IMG/VR virus record: IMGVR_UViG_3300025732_000021
Span: 32,001-96,000 of that record
Length of the DNA: 64,000 nt
Strand: one strand, 5' to 3'
DNA from: a virus
Of this stretch, positions 16,329 through 25,148 are shown in pieces; the stretch's first letter is position 1, and every line of letters starts with the position of its first letter. The notes below the pieces were generated by a model. It did not search any database. It was not told the DNA's origin and saw nothing but the letters and a program-made list of their open reading frames with translations. The translations under genes and the position numbers were made by a program.

Positions 16329-16502
16329 ATGGACAATATAGAAGAGTCAATTAAAAATGTTCTTTTTCAAATTGGAAAAGATATAAAGGTACATAAATTA
16401 ATAGATGGTAACTTAATATTAGATATTGATTATGATAAATATACAAAAGAAATAGTAGATATTTGTAATAAACATATAGAAAGAAGAAAAGGTGTTTGGT
16501 AA
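16329..16502 (+). CDS. hypothetical protein
   Basis: MDNIEESIK..., between coupled genes. Confidence 0.55.
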   Translation: MDNIEESIKNVLFQIGKDIKVHKLIDGNLILDIDYDKYTKEIVDICNKHIERRKGVW

Positions 16503-17253
16503 ATTACATCTAATTGGATCTCCAATTGGCAACATGTTGGATACATCTCAAAGGTTATTAAATGCATTTAATGACGCTAAATATATATGCGTTGAAGATA
16601 TAGATAGATTTAAAGAATATTGTTCTTTTAATAATTTTATATATAATGCAGAACTAATTGATATATGTTTTTCGTTAAACAATAACAGAGAAAACGAAGT
16701 AAAAGAAAGAATAATTTCAATTTTAAAAAATGGCGAGGATGTTTATATAATATCTGATGAAGGTATGCCTGGTCTTGCAGATCCTGGTACTATACTTGTT
16801 GATGAAGCAATTAAAAATGATATACAAATTATAACTACTCCAGGGCCATCTGTTGCTCTTGCTGCAGCATCATTATCCAATATATTAAATAACTTTTTAT
16901 TTGAAGGCTTTATGCACAGCGTAGATGAAGAAAGACATAAAAAGTTTGAATTTTTAAAAATGTCTCCTGTTCCTATGATTTTTTTATTACATAATTCAAA
17001 TCATAGACCAATTGATAAAGAAGATAAAATACACATGCTTCATAATTGTTTTGATCATGATATTTTTATTAATGAATGTATTACATTTTTTGGCGAAGAA
17101 AGAAAAGCAGTTTTTTGTATTGATTTAACTACAGATCATCAAAAAGTAATTCGTAGTACTTTAAAAAATATAAAACAATATATAGATCAAAATAAAATAT
17201 TTGGCAATTTATGCATTGTGGTAGATGGAATAAATAATAATTTATCTATTTAG
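16492..17253 (+). CDS. RsmI-like methyltransferase, second copy
   Basis: GKLHLIGSPIGNMLDTSQR, ICVED, IISDEGMPGLADPG, TPGPS. Confidence 0.85.
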   Translation: MFGKLHLIGSPIGNMLDTSQRLLNAFNDAKYICVEDIDRFKEYCSFNNFIYNAELIDICFSLNNNRENEVKERIISILKNGEDVYIISDEGMPGLADPGTILVDEAIKNDIQIITTPGPSVALAAASLSNILNNFLFEGFMHSVDEERHKKFEFLKMSPVPMIFLLHNSNHRPIDKEDKIHMLHNCFDHDIFINECITFFGEERKAVFCIDLTTDHQKVIRSTLKNIKQYIDQNKIFGNLCIVVDGINNNLSI

Positions 17254-17395
17254 TATCTTTTTTATATTCTCCATATTTACCAAGAATTGCTTTAATTGTA
17301 CCGTCTTTTCTTAAGCGTACAACATTACCATTCTTAATTTGTATGGGATTAAATCCATCGTGCCTTTTGTATGAACCAGATGATTTTTTAGACAT
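17246..17395 (-). CDS. small basic protein (49 aa)
   Basis: MSKKSSGSYKRHDGFNPIQIKNGNVVRLRKDGTIKAILG...; translated by hand. Confidence 0.55.
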   Translation of the reverse strand: MSKKSSGSYKRHDGFNPIQIKNGNVVRLRKDGTIKAILGKYGEYKKDTK

Positions 17396-17398
17396 ATA

Positions 17399-18142
17399 TC
17401 ACCAAATTTCTGTTATTCTTTCTGTTTTTGAAATTATTTTTCCAAAACCTTCAAACAAAGTTTTTTCTACTGGTACACAATTTGGAACCATTTTGCCGTT
17501 TTTTTCTTTCATTCCTCTTTGTACATATCCTTCCCAGCATGGATTTGCTTTATTTACATCCCCGCAGCAATCGCCCTTCATTTCATTGGCTTGACAAACT
17601 GGACATAAATCACAGCACACATTCATATCTTTACATGTAGGACATCCGCAACCATCATATGTACAGGGGTCATTAGACGATTGACCAACTACAGAAATAT
17701 CTTCTTTTATAACTTCAGTCTTGTCCATATTTTCATTTAATTCAAGTGATGGCATTATCATTATATCTTTTGCTTTTGCTCCAACAAAATACTCTGTCTC
17801 TTCAAGTTCGCCATCTTCCATTTCAAATAACTGAATTAAAATAGCAGGATCTTCTGAAGATGCTTCAATAGAATATTCAGATCCTGGCATTCCAAGCATA
17901 CCTTCTGTCATTACGTGAACTACACGACCAACATACATTTCTTCTTCATGTGGGGCCATAACCATATCGCCCTCTTTAACCATGGCCTTACCTATATTTC
18001 CTTCAGATCTATTGATTGCATAAATTTGTCCTGCTGCTTCTTTTTTTGTTTTATGGCAGCCCATGACTTCTCCAGTACTGGTTTTAACTGCAGGGTAACC
18101 AGAACATCCGTGAGATCCTTTAGCACCTACTTTATAAGGCAT
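17399..18142 (-). CDS. modular Cys-rich protein, possibly virion-associated
   Basis: N-terminal GCSGYPAVK...MGCHKTKKEA module, Cys cluster, C-terminal PCWEGYVQRGMK..GKMVPNCVP motif. Confidence 0.7.
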   Translation of the reverse strand: MPYKVGAKGSHGCSGYPAVKTSTGEVMGCHKTKKEAAGQIYAINRSEGNIGKAMVKEGDMVMAPHEEEMYVGRVVHVMTEGMLGMPGSEYSIEASSEDPAILIQLFEMEDGELEETEYFVGAKAKDIMIMPSLELNENMDKTEVIKEDISVVGQSSNDPCTYDGCGCPTCKDMNVCCDLCPVCQANEMKGDCCGDVNKANPCWEGYVQRGMKEKNGKMVPNCVPVEKTLFEGFGKIISKTERITEIW

Positions 18143-18165
18143 AAACCCATTATATCATCAAATAA

Positions 18166-18194
18166 GAGCAGTTTAACCACATGCTCAGGTGGTT
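18166..18194 (-). ncRNA. pseudoknot RNA motif, copy 5 (3' of hsp20)
   Basis: Minus strand: AACCAC-CT-GAGCA-T-GTGGTT-AAAC-TGCTC. Confidence 0.7.
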
Positions 18195-18241
18195 TATCTA
18201 CCGATAGGCCTTGCGGATATGTCGGATTACCTTAGATAATG

Positions 18242-18661
18242 TTATTTGATTTTAATTGCTTTTGGTTTCTTTTCTTCTGGAATGTTTCTTTCCACAAAGA
18301 CGCTAAGAATACCGTCTGCCATTTCAGCACGATCAACCTCCATATACTCTCCAAGAGCAAAGGTGCGTGTGAACTTTCTGCTTGCAATACCCTTGTGAAG
18401 AACATTAGAATTTTCTTCTTCTGTTTTCTCACCCTTGACAATCAAACTTCCATTATCCACAGAAACCTCAACTTCATCCTTGCTAAAACCAGCAATGGCT
18501 AAAGATAGTTTATAAGTATCCTCATCAAGTTTTACCACGTCATACGGTGGATAGGACTGACGAGTTGCCTCACGATGGATATTTGAAAGACGGTCCAACT
18601 CTCTGTTGAAACCAATAAAAAATGGATCTTTAAATAGATCCAATGCAAATGAACTTACCAT
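18242..18661 (-). CDS. hsp20: small heat-shock protein Hsp20 (IbpA-like)
   Basis: SYPPYDVVK, LAIAGFS, HKGIASRKFTRTFAL, DGIL, IPEEKKP. Confidence 0.95.
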   Translation of the reverse strand: MVSSFALDLFKDPFFIGFNRELDRLSNIHREATRQSYPPYDVVKLDEDTYKLSLAIAGFSKDEVEVSVDNGSLIVKGEKTEEENSNVLHKGIASRKFTRTFALGEYMEVDRAEMADGILSVFVERNIPEEKKPKAIKIK

Positions 18662-18725
18662 TTTTCCTCCTTATTAAGCGAGTTCAATTAAGTACCCCCC
18701 TTTGGGCTGGTACATATATATTATA

Positions 18726-19313
18726 TCACAAACTAACCTTGCCAGTAAAGTCTATATTAATAACACATCTTATATCATTCTTTATTGGACTAGAAGATGA
18801 GTGATATTGGAGTCCATTAAATAATATTGCCCTTCCAGCCTTTGGATTAATTTTTTTGTCAATTGTTAAATTTTTATTTTCCATGGGGTATTTTTCATTA
18901 AATAAAATTGTATCACCATCTGAATCATTTACATAATATAAAAAAACAAAATGTTCATGATCTGTATCAATATGAGGATAATGTATTTTATTATTTGTAC
19001 CATCTTTTAAAATAAGATTTGCTTTAATTCTAAACACATTGTCTACAACTATATTATGTTTATTTATAAACTTGTTAAAAATATATAAAAATGTGTCTGA
19101 AAACTGAGAATGTTTTTGTGAGTTATGATAGGCAAGGTGAACAAATTGTTGTGAATCTAAATAATCGTCATTATTTAAGATGACACCAGAACTATCTTTT
19201 TTATTAGTTGAACCATAAAAATACCATGGAAAGTTAGAATTAGGTATATCATACATCATTTTTTGTAAACTAATTATTTCTTCTTGATTTAAAAATGAAT
19301 CATCTATAATCAT
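18726..19313 (-). CDS. 2OG-Fe(II) oxygenase
   Basis: PHID, LYYVNDSDGDT, FNGLQYHSS, R-x-V-I-N. Confidence 0.8.
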   Translation of the reverse strand: MIIDDSFLNQEEIISLQKMMYDIPNSNFPWYFYGSTNKKDSSGVILNNDDYLDSQQFVHLAYHNSQKHSQFSDTFLYIFNKFINKHNIVVDNVFRIKANLILKDGTNNKIHYPHIDTDHEHFVFLYYVNDSDGDTILFNEKYPMENKNLTIDKKINPKAGRAILFNGLQYHSSSSPIKNDIRCVINIDFTGKVSL

Positions 19314-19352
19314 AATAATTAATTCTACCATATGATGGTGTATAATTAAAAT

Positions 19353-20114
19353 ATGCCATTAACTGAAGAACAAAAACAACTTATATTAGAAAAAGAAAAA
19401 AATCATACAGCAAAACGGACCGTTCCACCTTTTGGATTTAATGAAATAAGAATGTTGCAGGAAGATGAAATTGAAGATCCTTATCAATTAAATCAAGAAC
19501 AATTAAACAACGCAAAGATTTTTATATCTAGAGAAGAATATACAAAGCATCTTAAAAAAGGATTAAATTATATGGAGGTTGGAGTTGCATGGGGATATTA
19601 TTCAGAAATAGTATGTCAAAATGCACAACCATCTTTAATCGATTTAGTATGTAGATATGACCAAGACATGAAGTGCTGGTCATGGAGAAGGTTTGGTGAA
19701 TGTCAATGTAGTCCAGTTAAACATACTTATGATTTTACTGCTGAAGAGTCAGAAAATTTTATAAAAAATAAATTTAAACAATATGGAAATGCAAATACAT
19801 ATAAGGGCGATGCAGAGGAAATACTTCCAAAATTTATTGAGGATGGAAAACTTTATGATTATATTTATATAGACATCCATAATGGTAGAAAAGCAACCAG
19901 AGAAGTACTATCTTGTGCATCAAAATTAATTCCTATTGGCGGTATTATTGGACTAAACGATTATACAATTTATGATGGAATAATAGATAATGTTTTTTAT
20001 GGTACATTTCAAACTGTAAATGAATTTTTATATTTTAATAAAAATTGGTCTGTGGATGCTTTAGCATTACATAAACTAGGCTTTTACGATATTTATTTAA
20101 GGAGGAATAGTTGA
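19353..20114 (+). CDS. class I SAM methyltransferase (Methyltransf_24-like)
   Basis: MEVGVAWGYYS motif I, YDYIYIDIH, GGIIGLNDY. Confidence 0.75.
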   Translation: MPLTEEQKQLILEKEKNHTAKRTVPPFGFNEIRMLQEDEIEDPYQLNQEQLNNAKIFISREEYTKHLKKGLNYMEVGVAWGYYSEIVCQNAQPSLIDLVCRYDQDMKCWSWRRFGECQCSPVKHTYDFTAEESENFIKNKFKQYGNANTYKGDAEEILPKFIEDGKLYDYIYIDIHNGRKATREVLSCASKLIPIGGIIGLNDYTIYDGIIDNVFYGTFQTVNEFLYFNKNWSVDALALHKLGFYDIYLRRNS

Positions 20115-20995
20115 GTCTTTCTAAAGAGTATACATTGCCTAAGCATATAAGGTATAACGCAATGGACAGCATATTCAATAATGATTTTGATTTATCTTGG
20201 CATAGGCAATCACAGTCATACCGTGAAACAATTACTAAATCAGAAATAAATACTGGAGTAATTGATGATGGTACAGTTGAATATTTATATAATAAAAACT
20301 TTTTTAGATGTAGCGAATTTACTAAAACTCCATCAAGACCACATATATTGTTTGCTGGATGTTCTCAAACAGAAGGTATTGGAGGAAACTTAAATACTGT
20401 ATGGCCAACAATGTTTTTAAATAAAAGCAATATTGCTGATAAAAGTCTTTATAATTTGGCTAGATCTGGTTGGGGATGGCAAATGATAATATACAATCTA
20501 CATGTTTACGTAGAAAGATATACAAAGCCAGATTATTTATTTATCCTTTTACCTAACATATCTAGAAGATTTGAATTTGATACATATAACAAGGGAGATT
20601 ATTGTTATATGCAACGATATCCAGAAAGCGATTTACCCAAAATTAATGATGTAGGTGATATATCAAAAAATGAATATTTTGTAGAATTAATTAATTTTTC
20701 TGTATTTTGGAAATTCTTTTTACATTACTGTAAAACTAATAACATTAATGTATTATGGTCTACATGGTTTTTTAATGATTTAGAAAATTTAAAAACATTG
20801 AATATGCTTGATGATTCTTATGTTCCTTTAGATTTAAAAGGCCAATCAGAATATGTTGCAGAAATGTATTTATCTGGATGGGAAAAAACAGAGTATGATT
20901 TGAAAAAAAGAGATGGGCATGCTGGAACATTAATTAATATGTATTATGCAGACAGATTTTTAGAAGTAGCAAAGGAGAAATGGAATGTTTTCTAA
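20111..20995 (+). CDS. SGNH/GDSL-like protein
   Basis: HILFAGCSQTEG, YNLARSG, RDGHAG. Confidence 0.7.
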   Translation: MSLSKEYTLPKHIRYNAMDSIFNNDFDLSWHRQSQSYRETITKSEINTGVIDDGTVEYLYNKNFFRCSEFTKTPSRPHILFAGCSQTEGIGGNLNTVWPTMFLNKSNIADKSLYNLARSGWGWQMIIYNLHVYVERYTKPDYLFILLPNISRRFEFDTYNKGDYCYMQRYPESDLPKINDVGDISKNEYFVELINFSVFWKFFLHYCKTNNINVLWSTWFFNDLENLKTLNMLDDSYVPLDLKGQSEYVAEMYLSGWEKTEYDLKKRDGHAGTLINMYYADRFLEVAKEKWNVF

Positions 20996-21066
20996 ATTAT
21001 ATAGAAAAATAAAAAAGTGGTATTACGTTCGTAAATTAAAAAAACAACTTAAAGAGCCACCAAATT

Positions 21067-21642
21067 TTATTTACTAGTTAAAAAACAACGAAGTGCATAT
21101 TTTTTACCATTAATTATTGAATTAGATCTATGACTATAAGGCCAGTTAGATGGAAAAATTATTAAACTATTTGCTGGCGGTTTTATTTTTATATTAAAGT
21201 GCTCAAATTCTAACTCTCCACCATCATAGTTATCGTTTAAATACGCCAATGCAGCGCCTATTCTAAAGTCTTCACCATTCAAGGTATCAGAATGAAATAT
21301 AATATTGTTATCTACTTCATATTTTAATAATGTTGCAACAGCCATATTAGAAGAATTATTTTGTGAAGAATCTGGGATCATAACATTTATATTATATAAA
21401 GATTGATATACTTCGGTTGTTTCTTTAATTGCTTTTTGAAATTCATCATATATTAATCTAGCATCTATATTGTCTGGATAATCACTTAATTGAATTGCAT
21501 ATGATTTTCTAACAATAGATCCATTTCTATTGTTTATTTTTAATTCAAAAAAATCTGATAAGTTTTTTTCAATAAAGTCTATATAGTTTTTACTAAATAC
21601 ATTTTCAAAAATAACTATTCCTGGTGCTAAAATTTTATACAT
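21067..21642 (-). CDS. 2OG-Fe(II) oxygenase (prolyl-4-hydroxylase-like)
   Basis: FHSD, YLNDNYDGGELEF, FPSNWPYSH, GKKY. Confidence 0.85.
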   Translation of the reverse strand: MYKILAPGIVIFENVFSKNYIDFIEKNLSDFFELKINNRNGSIVRKSYAIQLSDYPDNIDARLIYDEFQKAIKETTEVYQSLYNINVMIPDSSQNNSSNMAVATLLKYEVDNNIIFHSDTLNGEDFRIGAALAYLNDNYDGGELEFEHFNIKIKPPANSLIIFPSNWPYSHRSNSIINGKKYALRCFLTSK

Positions 21643-21673
21643 AATTTAAGTATAGCATATGATACAATAAAGT

Positions 21674-22435
21674 GTGACTATTTTTCATAACCACATTCCA
21701 AGAACATCTGGTGGCGTGATTAATCACTATATTAGTCAAAATAAAAATATATCACAATATATTATTGAGCCAACAGATAAAATAGATCCGAAAAATTTTA
21801 AAGATAAACAATATATTGCTGGGCATATAGGACAACTTCCACAACAATATATAGATAATGTTATCTCTTTTTCTTTTGTAAGAAATCCTAAAGAACAATG
21901 GCTAAGTTGGTTTTGGCTTATGTATAGACAAGGTTTAACTGTAATTGATGGAAAAATAACAGAGTCTAGACTTGGCACACCCCAAGCGTATATGGAAAAG
22001 TTTTTATATGATGATTCTTTTTATCCTGGAACATCAAATATACAATCAAAATTTTTAATGGGATATGTTGACATTGATTTATGGAATAGGGTAGAAGAGC
22101 CTATAGATAAAACACAGTCCAATTGGTGTCTCAAAGAGTACAGTCTTGACAGGAAAGATATAGACGATGCTCTTGATAGATATATTGTTGAAACTGTTGA
22201 AAATAGAAATAATTTAATAGAATTTATTAATACCATTTTTGAAAAAAAATATAATATTGTAAGTGCAATTAGTGATTATGAGTGGTCTGGTCACAATACA
22301 CCAAAACCAAACTATCTTGAATTTGAAATCCCTAAGGCGTGGAGTGAAAGAATAAATGAATTAAACCCAGTAGATTATTACCTTTATGATAGGGTAAAAT
22401 CTAAACAGAAAAAATATGCTATAATGTCATTATGA
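21674..22435 (+). CDS. sulfotransferase-family protein
   Basis: HIPRTSG 5'-PSB-like loop, FVRNP..WLS 3'-PB, N..DY.LY. Confidence 0.7.
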   Translation: MTIFHNHIPRTSGGVINHYISQNKNISQYIIEPTDKIDPKNFKDKQYIAGHIGQLPQQYIDNVISFSFVRNPKEQWLSWFWLMYRQGLTVIDGKITESRLGTPQAYMEKFLYDDSFYPGTSNIQSKFLMGYVDIDLWNRVEEPIDKTQSNWCLKEYSLDRKDIDDALDRYIVETVENRNNLIEFINTIFEKKYNIVSAISDYEWSGHNTPKPNYLEFEIPKAWSERINELNPVDYYLYDRVKSKQKKYAIMSL

Positions 22436-22662
22436 GTAATTTTGAAATCGGACGTGCTGGTACGGGGACCTGCCGTGAAAGACAATACCCAGTATACAAA
22501 GATGGCGAAAACATTGGATGTTTTTTCCTTCCAAAAGACGCTGCAAATTTTGCTAAAGATGAGCATGGCGCAACAGAAATTACAGTTTTTGATGTTGATA
22601 GTGTAGAGTCAGACGCAAAGTTTGTTATAACATATCAAGATGGAAAATGGATTCTTAAGTGA
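22432..22662 (+). CDS. small protein with C..YP...GC..K.AA module
   Basis: GTCRERQYPVYKDGENIGCFFLPKDAA. Confidence 0.7.
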   Translation: MSNFEIGRAGTGTCRERQYPVYKDGENIGCFFLPKDAANFAKDEHGATEITVFDVDSVESDAKFVITYQDGKWILK

Positions 22663-22910
22663 ATCAAGTTTTTAAAATAGAGAAGTCAGGAAGTTACGGT
22701 TGTCCTGATAACCAATACCCCCTTCTTGTTGATGAAGAGTGTGTTGGATGTTTTGAATATCCAAAAGAAGCAGCAGCAAAAGCAAGGGATCTTGGAGCAA
22801 ATTCTATAGATGCTTTTGATTATACAATGCCAGAAAGTGAAAGTTCAAGACATGCACTTGCTTTAAAACCAGACGGAACATGGTGCCATACTTTTTCAAA
22901 TATGGCTTAA
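22659..22910 (+). CDS. small protein with the same module (tandem paralog)
   Basis: GSYGCPDNQYPLLVDEECVGCFEYPKEAA. Confidence 0.7.
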   Translation: MNQVFKIEKSGSYGCPDNQYPLLVDEECVGCFEYPKEAAAKARDLGANSIDAFDYTMPESESSRHALALKPDGTWCHTFSNMA

Positions 22911-22926
22911 TAGAAAGAGAAATTCA

Positions 22927-23625
22927 ATGTACGGAGATCCAAATAAATTACAAAACCAAATAGATAAAATAACAGAAAGTAGAAGCGGTGAACGTTTTTC
23001 TTTCACATCACCTATCCCTGGTCTTCATATTTATGATAATGTTTGGCCAAACTCTATGGATTTTATAAATGAAATAAGAACAGAGGAATATTGGAATAAC
23101 AATTCACATCGTGGTAGCAAACCTTGGATTCGTGAAGACTATTATAATGAATTAAATGGTAAAAAAGCAGAAACATGTTGGGTATGGAATGATCCAAGAT
23201 TTGCAGAACATTTTCAAGAAATTGTAGACTCTTATTTATGGCAGTGGGACTTGGCCCCATTAAGTAGAGAAGCCATGAGAATATCAAGATATGAGCCAGG
23301 TGAGTTTTTCTCTTTACATGCAGACGATTCGTATGGAACGCCAAGAACAGTATCCCTAGTTTATTATCCAAATGATGACTATGACGGAGGAGAATTAGAA
23401 TTTATTCATTTTGGTGTTAAAATTAAACCAAAGGCTGGACAACTATTTTTATTCCCGTCTGCGTATAGTTATATGCATAAAATACATGGCATTACTTCTG
23501 GTATAAGGTATACACTTGTTTCGTTTTTTGCAGAAATTTCAGAAAAAGAAAGACAAACTAGGATGTCTTCTATAGAATTTCCATATACTACTGATCTTCA
23601 ATATCAATTTTCAGATAATGCATAA
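22927..23625 (+). CDS. 2OG-Fe(II) oxygenase (P4H-like)
   Basis: LHADD, YPNDDYDGGELEF, FPSAYSYMH, GIRY. Confidence 0.85.
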   Translation: MYGDPNKLQNQIDKITESRSGERFSFTSPIPGLHIYDNVWPNSMDFINEIRTEEYWNNNSHRGSKPWIREDYYNELNGKKAETCWVWNDPRFAEHFQEIVDSYLWQWDLAPLSREAMRISRYEPGEFFSLHADDSYGTPRTVSLVYYPNDDYDGGELEFIHFGVKIKPKAGQLFLFPSAYSYMHKIHGITSGIRYTLVSFFAEISEKERQTRMSSIEFPYTTDLQYQFSDNA

Positions 23626-24509
23626 TGACTTTAAAAAAAATAATTAACGACAAAGTTTATTCTGTACATGATGAAATAGAGTGTGAAAAAGGAATATTTC
23701 CAGCATGGATTGTTCAACCTGGATTTTTTTTAAAGGGTGGAGAATTAGTTTATAGAATTGAATGGGAAGATAACGTTCCAGAAAAGTCATTTTATTTTTT
23801 ACATATTCCAAAAACCTCTGGTATGTCTGTGAAAGAAGTATTGCTACATACCTATAAAGATCATAGAATCTATAGTAACTTTTTACAATATTTAGATGAT
23901 AAAGAAATGTTAAAATGTGATTTTATATCAGGTCATTTTGCGTTATATCCAATAGAATTATTTAAAAAACATGAAAAGAAATTATTTACATATACAATAC
24001 TTAGAAATCCAACAGACAGATATATAAGTAATTATTTATATAAAAATGAAAATCCTAGTTTAGAGAAGTTAGAAGAGCATATGTTTGATAATAGAAATGA
24101 TAATATGCAATATAAATATTTAACATGTACTCTCAATATGTCTGATTTAAAAAGATTTTATGATAAATTAGCATCAAAAGAAATTACTTTTGATCAATAT
24201 AAAGAATTTTCGTTATCATATAATGATTTAGTTCGGGTGTATAGCAACATTGATAGTGCTCTTTCAAATATAGATTATATTGAAACTATAGACAATCAAA
24301 ATGATTTATCAAATTTAAATAATTTTTTAGAAAAAAATATTAATATTTCTTTGTCAACAAAAATTAAAGGATATCAAAATACTGGAAGTGAAAAAAATAA
24401 TGAATTTAAAAAAACAATTCCAGATAGTTTTAAAAAATTAATAACAGAAAAACAAAATTTAGATTATGAATTATATGAAAAAGTAAAGATGGGCTACTAC
24501 AAAGAATAG
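23625..24509 (+). CDS. sulfotransferase-family protein
   Basis: FLHIPKTSGMS, SGHF, ILRNPTDRYIS, LDYELYE. Confidence 0.75.
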   Translation: MTLKKIINDKVYSVHDEIECEKGIFPAWIVQPGFFLKGGELVYRIEWEDNVPEKSFYFLHIPKTSGMSVKEVLLHTYKDHRIYSNFLQYLDDKEMLKCDFISGHFALYPIELFKKHEKKLFTYTILRNPTDRYISNYLYKNENPSLEKLEEHMFDNRNDNMQYKYLTCTLNMSDLKRFYDKLASKEITFDQYKEFSLSYNDLVRVYSNIDSALSNIDYIETIDNQNDLSNLNNFLEKNINISLSTKIKGYQNTGSEKNNEFKKTIPDSFKKLITEKQNLDYELYEKVKMGYYKE

Positions 24510-24522
24510 CCCATCCCTTTTA
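24488..24522. terminator. hairpin between convergent genes
   Basis: GATGGGCTA...TAGCCCATC stem followed by CCTTTTA. Confidence 0.55.
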
Positions 24523-24774
24523 TTACTTCTTTTTTGCAGGAGCCTTCTTAGGCTTTACATTCTTAAGAACATCTTCAACAATAGATACTGCTGGTAATCT
24601 ACCAAATGCAGGATCGTTTGGATTCAATGCACGTAATGCAACTGGTGCTACAGCAGATACAAGAGACCACAATAATGTCTGTGGATCTGTAACTCCAGCC
24701 ATATATAAAGCAATTGCACCAGCGAGTACTGAACGTCCATATGATGCAAGCATTGCCTTCATTTCTTTATTCAT
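24523..24774 (-). CDS. small membrane protein, holin-like
   Basis: Two hydrophobic helices, LNPNDPAFGR, basic tail; GGAGGA SD. Confidence 0.6.
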   Translation of the reverse strand: MNKEMKAMLASYGRSVLAGAIALYMAGVTDPQTLLWSLVSAVAPVALRALNPNDPAFGRLPAVSIVEDVLKNVKPKKAPAKKK

Positions 24775-24783
24775 TTATTCCTC

Positions 24784-24942
24784 CTAGGATATGAATCTAG
24801 TTATGGCATCGTAACCTAGCCATAATCCAATTATACCAGCAACTCCTGCAAAAACTGGAGGTGCTGGAACTGGAAGTTTAAATGCTGCAAAAATAACTCC
24901 GCAGCCAAAACCAGTTATTATAGATAATAGTATATCTTTCAT
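24784..24942 (-). CDS. XapX/DUF1427 small membrane protein (missed by the ORF track)
   Basis: MKDILLSIITGFGCGVIFAAFKLPVPAPPVFAGVAGIIGLWLGY; the LPVPAPP motif fits XapX. Confidence 0.75.
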   Translation of the reverse strand: MKDILLSIITGFGCGVIFAAFKLPVPAPPVFAGVAGIIGLWLGYDAITRFIS

Positions 24943-25148
24943 GTTTCTCCTTTGATATTGTTTGGATGATCCATTGGTGTTGGAATGGTCATTAATGTAT
25001 CACACTCACTACACTCTCCATCTAAGAAATACATTCCAACTTCATAGTCAACTGGATCAAATATAACTTTAACCTTTATTATTTTTGATCCACACAAGGG
25101 ACAACAAGCAGAAGGAATGCCTCTTAAATCTAGTTTATTCTGTTTCAT
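24939..25148 (-). CDS. zinc-ribbon protein
   Basis: CPLCGS...ECSECD. Confidence 0.7.
   Translation of the reverse strand: MKQNKLDLRGIPSACCPLCGSKIIKVKVIFDPVDYEVGMYFLDGECSECDTLMTIPTPMDHPNNIKGET

Noticed and set aside
18453-18461. Perfect DnaA box TTATCCACA
   Set aside because: Single copy inside the hsp20 coding region; explained by codons
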